DNA of 61,937 nucleotides, taken from assembly GCA_017390525.1 (NCBI GenBank), contig JAFPBJ010000170.1:1-61937 (forward strand). Reading direction: 5' to 3'. Source of the DNA: Lachnospiraceae bacterium. GTDB lineage: Bacteria > Bacillota > Clostridia > Lachnospirales > Lachnospiraceae. A model generated the notes under the pieces. It made no database searches and had not been told where the DNA came from. It saw only the letters and a list, made by a program, of their open reading frames with translations. How positions within the stretch are numbered: the first letter of the stretch is position 1; each line of letters starts with the position of its first letter. A program made the position numbers and the translations under genes. This document shows, one piece after another, positions 19,304 to 28,028 of this stretch.

Positions 19304-20533
19304 GTGCTAGTTATTTTACTGAGGTATTTAAAAGGATATTTGGTGATACAATTAAATGGGCATTCCTTAGAGCGTTTTTTAAATCTTTGCGCTAATAAAA
19401 ATCTGTATCTGTGGAATGTGAAAAAAAATCAGGAAGGATATCTTTGTTCTATTTCAAGAGAATGCTTTTATGAATTAAAACCCATTGCTCAAAAAACAAA
19501 AACGAAATTATCTATTGTAAAAAAACAAGGACTTCCCTTCTTTTTATTTTATCATCGCAAACGGAAGTTGTTTTTTGCTGGTGTACTTTTTTGTCTTATT
19601 TCTGTGTATATCATGTCATTACATATTTGGGATATAAAAATTAGAGGAAATTATTCTTATACAAAAGAAGAGCTTCTTAAATTTATACAGCAGGAAAAGG
19701 TTTGCTGTGGTATGAAAAAAAGTAAATTAGATGGAGCAAGACTTGAGGAGGAAATTCGTAAAAAATATGATTCCATTTCCTGGGTATGCTGCGAGGTAAA
19801 AGGGACACAATTAATTGTAACCATAAAAGAAACCAGTGATTATGGAAAGAAAAGTAAATTTAAGGCACCTTGTGATTTGGTTTCTAATAAAGATGGAGTG
19901 GTACTATCAATTATAACAAGAAACGGAACACCGCAAGTAAAAAAGGGTGCTACCATTAAAAAGGGAGATGTGTTAATATCAGGGGTAGTTACATTATTAG
20001 ATGATGCGGGAGAGCCCTTAGAGACAGAATATGTAAGTGCAGATGGGGATATTATTGCCCAAACAGTGATTTCCTATCACGAGACCATTGATTTGTATTA
20101 TTATGAGAAACAATACACAAAAAAAGAGAAAAATTTTTTTGGAGCAACTATATTTACAAAATACTTTTCTTATTTTAAAAATCATGGGGATTATTCCCAT
20201 TATGATGAAATTCAGGATACCTATACTTTAAAGCTGGGAGAATCCTTTTATTTACCGTTTAAATTCCATAAAATTACCATAAAGGAATATAATCTCGTTA
20301 GAAAAAAATATACAGAAAAAGAAGTAAAAGAAGTAGCAAATAGAAAGCTGGCATTATTTTTAAAGCATTTAAAAGAAAAAAAGGTAGAAATCATAAAAAA
20401 TAATGTTAAAATAGAAGTAATGGAAAACCAATGCGTGTTACAAGGAGACATTGTAACAAAGGAAGCAGTTGGTAAAGTACAAAAAATAAGTAGAGAAAAT
20501 AATACACAAGAAACAAAGGAGGATACGCCTTGA
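19304..20533 (+). CDS. yqfD: Sporulation protein YqfD
   Basis: About 400 aa with an N-terminal YLKGYLVIQLNGHSLERFLN, a central TM helix, and a conserved position between yqfC and phoH. GTG start. Confidence 0.75.
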   Translation: MLVILLRYLKGYLVIQLNGHSLERFLNLCANKNLYLWNVKKNQEGYLCSISRECFYELKPIAQKTKTKLSIVKKQGLPFFLFYHRKRKLFFAGVLFCLISVYIMSLHIWDIKIRGNYSYTKEELLKFIQQEKVCCGMKKSKLDGARLEEEIRKKYDSISWVCCEVKGTQLIVTIKETSDYGKKSKFKAPCDLVSNKDGVVLSIITRNGTPQVKKGATIKKGDVLISGVVTLLDDAGEPLETEYVSADGDIIAQTVISYHETIDLYYYEKQYTKKEKNFFGATIFTKYFSYFKNHGDYSHYDEIQDTYTLKLGESFYLPFKFHKITIKEYNLVRKKYTEKEVKEVANRKLALFLKHLKEKKVEIIKNNVKIEVMENQCVLQGDIVTKEAVGKVQKISRENNTQETKEDTP

Positions 20534-21525
20534 ATCTAGTAGAAAAAGAATTGGAAATTGCAACCAATCATGCTCAGAATATATTTGGGCAATATGATGT
20601 ACATTTAAAGAAAATAGAACAAACCTTACATGTAACCATTGTGCTACGAGAGGATCATGTGAAAATTGTTGGAACAGCGGAGCAAGTAGAAAAGGCTGCA
20701 CAAACTATTTTAACTTTAAATGTATTGTCAAAAAGAGGAAATGTAATTACAGACCAAAACGTAAATTATGCATTATCTATGCTAATGGAAGATAAAATTG
20801 AGAATATAGTGGAGCTTGATAAGGATTTAATTTGTCATACCATTAATGGAAAACCAATTAAACCAAAAACCCTTGGTCAGAAGAAATATATAGAAGAAAT
20901 TAAAAATAAAATGATTATTTTTGGGGTGGGCCCTGCAGGAACAGGTAAAACCTATTTAGCAATGGCAATGGCAATTACTGCTTTCAAAAATAATGAGGTA
21001 AATCGAATTATTTTAACGAGACCTGCAATTGAGGCAGGGGAGAAGCTAGGATTTTTGCCAGGAGATTTACAAAGTAAGGTAGATCCCTACCTAAGACCAC
21101 TATATGATGCACTATACGAGATTATGGGGGCAGATACCTTCCTTAAAAATATGGAAAAGGGATTAATTGAAGTTGCACCTTTGGCATACATGAGAGGTAG
21201 AACCTTAGATAATGCCTATATTATTTTGGATGAAGCACAAAATACCACACCATCACAAATGAAAATGTTTTTAACCAGAATTGGCTATGGCTCAAAAGCA
21301 ATTATTACAGGAGATTTAACTCAAAAGGATTTAGGTCATGATGTGAAATCGGGACTGGAAGTAGCGTTAAAGGTATTAGGAAAAGTGGATGAAATCGGAA
21401 TCAGCCATTTTTCAAATAAGGATGTAGTAAGACATCCATTGGTGCAAAAAATTGTTGCTGCCTATGAAGCTTACGAATCAAGAAATAACAAAAATACAAC
21501 AGATAAAAGGAAGGTCAGAAAATAA
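20530..21525 (+). CDS. phoH: PhoH-family ATPase
   Basis: Walker A GVGPAGTGKTYLAMAMA, ILTRPAIEAGEKLGFLPGD, ILDEAQN, and a C-terminal VRHPLV. TTG start after AGGAGGA. Confidence 0.9.
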   Translation: MNLVEKELEIATNHAQNIFGQYDVHLKKIEQTLHVTIVLREDHVKIVGTAEQVEKAAQTILTLNVLSKRGNVITDQNVNYALSMLMEDKIENIVELDKDLICHTINGKPIKPKTLGQKKYIEEIKNKMIIFGVGPAGTGKTYLAMAMAITAFKNNEVNRIILTRPAIEAGEKLGFLPGDLQSKVDPYLRPLYDALYEIMGADTFLKNMEKGLIEVAPLAYMRGRTLDNAYIILDEAQNTTPSQMKMFLTRIGYGSKAIITGDLTQKDLGHDVKSGLEVALKVLGKVDEIGISHFSNKDVVRHPLVQKIVAAYEAYESRNNKNTTDKRKVRK

Positions 21526-22556
21526 TGACAGAAATTTCCATAATAGTGGCAAAAGGACTGGGTATCTTCCTTTTAGGAATGTTTGTAATGCTGGCTAGAA
21601 AGCATTTACAGGAGCCCTTTCGTAGATGTCCTAAGCTTTTATTTGCATTTTTATATATTGCCATGACCATAACTTTATTGATTACAAAAGAGGGACCATT
21701 TTTTTCACAGCTTATTATATTTTATACAGCACTTATGGTGCTATTAGAAAAAGAAACATCTACGGGAATTACCGCTTTAATTTATCAGCTTTTAGTTTTA
21801 ATGCTGCTAAATTCCAATCAGGTCTCTTCTTGCTGCTATCTTTTTACAGTAGGATTTATTTATATCATTTTTTTAACCTGGAAAGATGCAAAGGAGCATT
21901 TTGTTTTAGTAGGATTTGCTATTTGTAGTTTTTCAAGCTTATCCATGCTAGTATTTCAATATGCCATGGAACAGGAAATGAATTTTCTGCATGTAATACT
22001 AGCATTTTTTTCTAATGGGTGTTATTATTTCATAGGATATGTATTGTCCTATTATTTGTACCAATTTTGCTTTCCAGATTCACCTAAGAAGCTACTGAAA
22101 CACTTGAATTTGCATAGAAGTGAATTAGTAGAAGAAAATGAGGAATTATTTGTAGCCCGTCTTGGAAAATTTGCCGCAAAAGAAATTGGGGTAAATTATT
22201 GGCTTTGTTATGTGGCAGGCAGATACAGTAAAAAGGATAGAAAAACAAAAAAAGAGCTACCAGCAGTGGTACAAACTGTGTTAGCAGAGCATTATGAAGG
22301 GGACAAGCATCCTACTTCAAAGGAAGCTGCCATTGTGTCTCTTTCTATTTTATCTGTAGCAACGCTAAAATATTTACAAAAGCAAGATAAATTAAAGCAG
22401 GTTACTATGGTAAAATTGGTTAAAAGTATATTTAGAAATCAATTATACAAAGGAAAATTTGATGATTCTGGTTTTACCATACAGGAATTTATTAGACTAG
22501 AAGAAGCATTTGCTACCTTTTTAGAAAAAAATCAATTGTCCAATGAGGAAGAATAA
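21525..22556 (+). CDS. Short multi-pass membrane protein with a degenerate PgpH-type (7TM-HD) C-terminal domain
   Basis: It has 5-7 hydrophobic helices. The tail resembles the PgpH HD scaffold (FAAKEIGVNYWLCYVAGRY, LAEHYEG, PTSKEAAIVSLSILSVATLKYL, FDDSGFTIQEF) but the His/Asp ligands are replaced. TAATG overlap with phoH. Confidence 0.55.
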   Translation: MTEISIIVAKGLGIFLLGMFVMLARKHLQEPFRRCPKLLFAFLYIAMTITLLITKEGPFFSQLIIFYTALMVLLEKETSTGITALIYQLLVLMLLNSNQVSSCCYLFTVGFIYIIFLTWKDAKEHFVLVGFAICSFSSLSMLVFQYAMEQEMNFLHVILAFFSNGCYYFIGYVLSYYLYQFCFPDSPKKLLKHLNLHRSELVEENEELFVARLGKFAAKEIGVNYWLCYVAGRYSKKDRKTKKELPAVVQTVLAEHYEGDKHPTSKEAAIVSLSILSVATLKYLQKQDKLKQVTMVKLVKSIFRNQLYKGKFDDSGFTIQEFIRLEEAFATFLEKNQLSNEEE

Positions 22557-22558
22557 GC

Positions 22559-23065
22559 ATGAATATTTTTATTGAAAAAGAAACAGAGGATACCTTAGAA
22601 TTAGATTATGAATCAGTAATTCAAGAGGTGGTTACATTTGTGGCAGATTATGAAAAATGTCCGTATGAGTTTGAAGTAAATGTAACTTTAACAGATAACG
22701 AAGGAATTCATACCATTAATAAGGAATATCGGCAAATTGATAGACCTACCGATGTACTTTCCTTTCCTTTGGTAGAATATTCTACTCCTGGAGATTTTTC
22801 ACATCTTGAGGAGGATACCATAGAGTGTTTTAATTTAGATACGGGTGAATTAATGCTAGGAGATATTATTATTTCTGTTGATAAGGTAAAGGAACAGGCA
22901 AAGGAGTATGGACATTCTATTCGTAGAGAATTAGCTTTTTTAGTGGTACATAGTATGCTCCATTTATTTGGATATGATCATATAGAAGAGGAAGAAAGAA
23001 TCATAATGGAAGGCAAGCAACGAACTATATTAGAGCTTGCAGGATACAAAAGAGAGGAAGAATAA
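22559..23065 (+). CDS. ybeY: rRNA maturation endoribonuclease YbeY
   Basis: Zinc motif HSMLHLFGYDH and TDVLSFP. Confidence 0.9.
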   Translation: MNIFIEKETEDTLELDYESVIQEVVTFVADYEKCPYEFEVNVTLTDNEGIHTINKEYRQIDRPTDVLSFPLVEYSTPGDFSHLEEDTIECFNLDTGELMLGDIIISVDKVKEQAKEYGHSIRRELAFLVVHSMLHLFGYDHIEEEERIIMEGKQRTILELAGYKREEE

Positions 23066-23070
23066 GAAAA

Positions 23071-24135
23071 ATGAGAAAGAAATATCTATTAGCCCTTGCG
23101 CTAGGAACTATGCTTGCAGCCGCTACAATTGGTTGCGGAAAAAAAGAAGAAACAAATGCCCCAGTTACTACCGAGAAGGTAACTACGGAAGCCCCTAAGG
23201 AAGATCCCCATAAAGGAATGCAAAAAAGTAATCTAACAGGAGAGTGGATAGACGAAAAGGTTGCAAACAAAAGACCTGTGGCAATTATGTTAAATAATAT
23301 TAAGGCTGCGATTCCTCAATCAAATGTTTCTAAGGCTGAGATTACCTATGAAATCTTAGTAGAAGGTGGAATCACTCGAATGCTTTTAGTAATGCAGGAT
23401 TATGAGGGACTTGATAAAATTGGACCTGTTAGAAGTGCAAGACATTACTATGTAGATATTGCAGATGAATATAATGCTATTTACATGCATTTTGGACAAA
23501 CCAAGTATGCTGTTGCAGAAATTGATAAAATTGGAATTGATACCTTAAGTGGATTAAGCTCAATTGGTAATTCCGTTTATTATCGAGATAAGAAGAGAAA
23601 AGCACCGCATAATGCATATACAAGTAGTGAGGGAATTAAAAAAGGAATTGAATTATCAAAATATGAGACATTATATAGTAGCTCAGCTAATCAACCACAT
23701 TTTCAATTCCAAGAAGAGGATACAGATTTAGCATCAGGAAATGCTGCTAATAAAATTACCTTAGGATATTCTACTTACACTACACCTTGGTTTGAATATA
23801 ATACGAAAACAAAGGAATATTTAAGATTTCAATATAATGACAAGCATATTGATGACCAAAATAATCAACAGCTATCCTACAAGAATGTTATTATCCAATT
23901 TGTAAAGGAATGGAATATTGATAAAAAAGGATATCAAACAATGGAATTAGTTTCTTCAGGAAAAGGATATTATTGTACCAATGGAAAATGTATTCCAATT
24001 ACTTGGTCAAAGGACAGTGTATCTAGTCCAACGAAATTTTTTGATGAAACTGGAGATGAAATAAAAGTAAATCCTGGAAAAACCTTTATTTCTGTATTTC
24101 CAAGAGACAGAGAAAGTAAGTGTGTGATTAACTAG
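23071..24135 (+). CDS. DUF3048-domain lipoprotein (YerB-like)
   Basis: Lipobox AATIGC, followed by RPVAIMLNNIKAAIPQSNVSKAEITYEILVEGGITRMLLVM, which is characteristic of DUF3048. Confidence 0.7.
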   Translation: MRKKYLLALALGTMLAAATIGCGKKEETNAPVTTEKVTTEAPKEDPHKGMQKSNLTGEWIDEKVANKRPVAIMLNNIKAAIPQSNVSKAEITYEILVEGGITRMLLVMQDYEGLDKIGPVRSARHYYVDIADEYNAIYMHFGQTKYAVAEIDKIGIDTLSGLSSIGNSVYYRDKKRKAPHNAYTSSEGIKKGIELSKYETLYSSSANQPHFQFQEEDTDLASGNAANKITLGYSTYTTPWFEYNTKTKEYLRFQYNDKHIDDQNNQQLSYKNVIIQFVKEWNIDKKGYQTMELVSSGKGYYCTNGKCIPITWSKDSVSSPTKFFDETGDEIKVNPGKTFISVFPRDRESKCVIN

Positions 24136-24145
24136 AGGATGCAGC

Positions 24146-24532
24146 ATGGACAGAGAATTAGAAGAAAAATTAATGGAAGCAGCCAAACAAGGAAGAGAAC
24201 AATCCTATAGTCCCTACTCAAAGTTTGCAGTAGGGGCAGCTTTGTTATGTAAGGACGGAACTATTTTTACAGGCTGTAATATTGAAAATGTTTCTTATGG
24301 GGCAACTATGTGTGCAGAACGAGTTGCTATATTTAAAGCAATTTCCAATGGATATAGGGAGTTTGAAATGATAGCAGTATATAGTGAATTAGAAGATTAC
24401 ACCTATCCTTGTGGAATGTGTTTGCAGGTAATGCAAGAATTTATGCCAGAGGGAATCGTTTTATTGGAAAATAAGAAAGAAATGAAACGATTTTTAGTAA
24501 GGGAGTTAATGCCAACTAAGTTTGAATTTTAG
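24146..24532 (+). CDS. cdd: Cytidine deaminase
   Basis: Zinc-ligand motifs CAERVAIFKA and PCGMCLQ. Size is 128 aa. Confidence 0.9.
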   Translation: MDRELEEKLMEAAKQGREQSYSPYSKFAVGAALLCKDGTIFTGCNIENVSYGATMCAERVAIFKAISNGYREFEMIAVYSELEDYTYPCGMCLQVMQEFMPEGIVLLENKKEMKRFLVRELMPTKFEF

Positions 24533-24553
24533 CAAGGAGAAGCATGACAGATT

Positions 24554-26191
24554 ATGAAAAAAAAGAAAAGTAATTTTTTAGTACATGGCAGCATCCTTGC
24601 CATAGCAGCTATTTTAAGTCGCGTAATTGGACTTTTATATCGTGTACCAATGAAGCATACCATTACAGATGAAGGAATGGGATATTATGGAAGTGCATAT
24701 ACCATTTATGCTTTAGGATTACTAATTTCGTCTTATAGTATTCCTATTGGTGTATCTAAAATGATATCAGCTAAAATGGTAAAAAAGGAATACCATAATG
24801 CTAACCGTATTTTTCATTGTTCCTTAATTTATGGAATGATTTCAGGTGGAGTAGCAGCCATAGCAGTATATTTATATGCTTGCTTTGGAATGAAAGGTAC
24901 TATGGAAAATAGTGCCCTTGCCTTAAAGGTACTTGCCCCTGCTATTTTCTTAATGGCAATACTTGGAGTGTTTCGAGGCTATTATCAAGGGCTTAATACA
25001 ATGATTCCTACCTCGATTTCTCAGATTGCAGAACAAATTTTAAATGCAATTGTAAGTATTTTAGCCGCTTATTTGTTGGTAAAGCCATATGTATCCGACA
25101 GAGAAGGAAATAGGGAAATCATTGCAACAAGAGGTGCGGCAGGAGGAACTTTAGGAACTCTTGCGGGAGTAGTTGCTGGACTTTTGTTTGTTTTGTTTGT
25201 GTATGTGCTTTACAGACCAACCATAAAAAAACAGCTAAGACGGGATAAAACTCAGTATCAGGATTCTTATGGTGAGATTTTTAAAATTCTAATTCTTACC
25301 ATTACACCAGTTATTTTAAGCACTGCATTATATAATTTAAGTACTACAGTGGATGTGTTTTTATATAACTATGTGTTAACTAAGAAACAATATACTGCTA
25401 GCGAAGCCAATACATTATGGGGGATTTATTCTAATGAATATAATACTATGACCTCAGTGCCGATTTCCATTGCCAATGCCATTTCCTCAGCTATGATTCC
25501 TAGCATTACAACAGCTATTGCAATTAAGGATTATAGTCAGGCAAGAGAAAAAATTAAAATGGCGACTAAATTTACTATGACAGTATCCCTTCCTTGTGCA
25601 GTAGGAATGGGAGTATTAGCATCACCTATTATGAGATTAGTCTTTCGTGATGCTAACCCGATACCTGCTAGATTATTACAGCTAGGCGCAGTTACTATTA
25701 TTTTTTATTCCTTGTCTACTGTAAGTAATGCAATCCTACAGGGAATGGGAAAAATGAATTACCCAATTAAGCATTCTGTGATTTCCTTGGTGATTCACGC
25801 AATTGTAGCATATATTTTATTACAGGTATTTGATATGACAATTTATGCTATATTAATTTCTACCATTGTATTTTCGTTATCTATGTGTGTTTTAAATGCA
25901 ATGGCAATTAAAAAGCATTTGCAATATAAACAGGAATGGTTAAAATCCTTTTTGTTACCATTTATGTGTTCTGTTATTATGGGAGCAGTGGCATTTTTTG
26001 TATATAAATTAGTATTTTTACTTATTCCAGTAAACGAAGTTGCTTTTATTGTGGCATTTTTAGCTGCAGTTATTGTTTATTTTTCACTTATGATTTTAAC
26101 ACAGGCGATTTCTCCAACAGAGCTACTTAGCTTTCCAAAGGGACAATTGCTTGTGAAAATAGCGAAGAAATGTAAATTAATTCCTTCCTAA
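24554..26191 (+). CDS. MOP-superfamily polysaccharide/lipid-II flippase-like protein (SpoVB/YtgP type)
   Basis: About 14 predicted TM helices. The N-terminus GSILAIAAILSRVIGLLYRVPMKHTITDEGMGYYGSAYTIYALGLLISSYSIPIGVSKMIS is typical of SpoVB/YtgP. Confidence 0.7.
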   Translation: MKKKKSNFLVHGSILAIAAILSRVIGLLYRVPMKHTITDEGMGYYGSAYTIYALGLLISSYSIPIGVSKMISAKMVKKEYHNANRIFHCSLIYGMISGGVAAIAVYLYACFGMKGTMENSALALKVLAPAIFLMAILGVFRGYYQGLNTMIPTSISQIAEQILNAIVSILAAYLLVKPYVSDREGNREIIATRGAAGGTLGTLAGVVAGLLFVLFVYVLYRPTIKKQLRRDKTQYQDSYGEIFKILILTITPVILSTALYNLSTTVDVFLYNYVLTKKQYTASEANTLWGIYSNEYNTMTSVPISIANAISSAMIPSITTAIAIKDYSQAREKIKMATKFTMTVSLPCAVGMGVLASPIMRLVFRDANPIPARLLQLGAVTIIFYSLSTVSNAILQGMGKMNYPIKHSVISLVIHAIVAYILLQVFDMTIYAILISTIVFSLSMCVLNAMAIKKHLQYKQEWLKSFLLPFMCSVIMGAVAFFVYKLVFLLIPVNEVAFIVAFLAAVIVYFSLMILTQAISPTELLSFPKGQLLVKIAKKCKLIPS

Positions 26192-26255
26192 GTATAATTT
26201 TTGTAATAAAGGGGATACTTTCCTTCTAAGAAGTACTTTAGGAGGAATGTAATAT

Positions 26256-26684
26256 ATGAAGAAATTAATATTTGGTGTAGTAAGTATTGCTGTTTTATTT
26301 TTTGGAGCCTATTTTATAGGAAAACAGATTAGCATAAAAAATCAGCAGCATATCAATCATGAGCGTGATATGGAAAGTAGTAAGACAGTTAAAAAAAACG
26401 GTACCTTTTCTACTAAGAAATTATCTAGTAAAGAGGAACAAATAGAGAAATTGACTGTTAAAGATCAAGTAGAGCAAGCTTCAAACAAGGTAGGAAAAGG
26501 GTTTTTTATTACAGAATATGAGGGAGATGTGATTGTATATGAGGAAGATAAAAAGACTATTTTTGAATATACAGATATTTCAGTAGAAAATTTACCACTA
26601 TCTGTTAAAAATCAAGTGATAGAAGGCTTTTTTTTAACAGAAGAAGAGGAAGTGTATAGTTTTTTAGAGACGTATTCCAGTTAG
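26256..26684 (+). CDS. Hypothetical membrane-anchored protein (possibly BofC-C-terminal-like)
   Basis: N-terminal TM helix. The C-terminal pattern GFFITEYEGDVIVYEE..TDISVENLP..VIEGFFLTEEEEVYSFLETYSS resembles small sporulation-associated anchored domains. This assignment is weak. Confidence 0.4.
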   Translation: MKKLIFGVVSIAVLFFGAYFIGKQISIKNQQHINHERDMESSKTVKKNGTFSTKKLSSKEEQIEKLTVKDQVEQASNKVGKGFFITEYEGDVIVYEEDKKTIFEYTDISVENLPLSVKNQVIEGFFLTEEEEVYSFLETYSS

Positions 26685-26759
26685 GTAATTGTAAAACACA
26701 GCTTATATTTTTTCTGTTGTACAAATATTTAGATTTAGTTAGTAAAAGAGAGTGAAGAG

Positions 26760-28028
26760 ATGGGTAATCAAAATAATGGAAAAAAGAAGATAGAGGCTAT
26801 TGTGGTTGGGGCGGGTGCCTCAGGACTTGTTTGTGCCATTCGTTTGAAGGAGCAAGGGGTTTCTGTGCTTGTATTAGAAAAAGAAAACAAAATCGGAAAA
26901 AAAATATTAGCAACAGGAAACGGAAAATGTAATTTAAGTAATTTAGTTTATGAGGAAGACTCTTATCGAGGAAGTGAGCCTTCCTTTGTACAATCCATTT
27001 TAAAGCAGGTAGGTGTAGAGGATACCGTTTCCTTTTTTCAACGCTTAGGTATGGAAATTACGGAGGAAAAGGGCTATTTATACCCTAATACAAAGCAAGC
27101 AGCAACAGTAGTAGATACCCTAATGAAGCATTGTGAAGCCCTTAATATTCCTATGATAAAAGAAACTAAGGTAGAAAATATAGTAAAAAAAGGAGAACGC
27201 TTTTTTCTGTCTACTAAGGATGAAACCTATGCTGCTACCTATGTAGTGTTGGCTTGCGGAGGCTGTGCTTCCTCTAAGCTAGGCAGTGATGGAAGTGGCT
27301 ATGGGCTAGCTAAAAAATTAAATCATACTATTTGTACACCGACACCTGCCTTAGTGGGGCTTCATAGTGATGACAAATGCTTTAAAGAGCTTGCTGGGAT
27401 ACGGATAAAAGCAGACCTTTCTCTAAAAATTTCAGGAAAGATATATAAGCAATACGGCGAGCTTCAGCTTACCAATTATGGTGTATCAGGGGTACCTATT
27501 TTTCAGCTTAGCAGATACGCAACAAAAGCTTTTTTAGAAAAAAAGAAAGTTACCTTAGAGATTAATTTTTTGCCCCACTATTCCAAAGAAGCGCTAGAGC
27601 TATTTTTCAAAAATGCAAAAGAAAATGTGCCCTATAAAACAGTGTTAGAGGTTTTAGAAGGAGTTTTAAATAAAAAGCTTGCTAGTGTGATGGTTAAAAA
27701 AGTGGGAGATGCTAATTTAAAAAATCTAAAGATTACAAAGCTATCTAAAAATCAGCAGGAAGCACTGATAAAGCAAATCAGAAGCTTTCAAACGAATTTG
27801 GTGGGTTCAAACGATTTTGAACAGGCACAAGTAACTGCTGGTGGCGTGTATACAAACGAAGTGAAGGAAACAACATTAGAATCAAAGCGACAGAAGAATT
27901 TGTATTTCGTAGGAGAAATATTAGATATTGACGGAACTTGTGGCGGCTATAATTTACAGTGGGCGTGGTCTACAGGAATATGTGCGGCAAATCATATTGC
28001 CAAGGCGAAGGAGAGAATAAAACAATGA
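26760..28028 (+). CDS. HI0933/BaiN-family FAD-dependent oxidoreductase
   Basis: VVGAGASGLVCA dinucleotide fold, TGNGKCNLSN, and C-terminal GEILDIDGTCGGYNLQWAWSTG. Confidence 0.8.
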   Translation: MGNQNNGKKKIEAIVVGAGASGLVCAIRLKEQGVSVLVLEKENKIGKKILATGNGKCNLSNLVYEEDSYRGSEPSFVQSILKQVGVEDTVSFFQRLGMEITEEKGYLYPNTKQAATVVDTLMKHCEALNIPMIKETKVENIVKKGERFFLSTKDETYAATYVVLACGGCASSKLGSDGSGYGLAKKLNHTICTPTPALVGLHSDDKCFKELAGIRIKADLSLKISGKIYKQYGELQLTNYGVSGVPIFQLSRYATKAFLEKKKVTLEINFLPHYSKEALELFFKNAKENVPYKTVLEVLEGVLNKKLASVMVKKVGDANLKNLKITKLSKNQQEALIKQIRSFQTNLVGSNDFEQAQVTAGGVYTNEVKETTLESKRQKNLYFVGEILDIDGTCGGYNLQWAWSTGICAANHIAKAKERIKQ

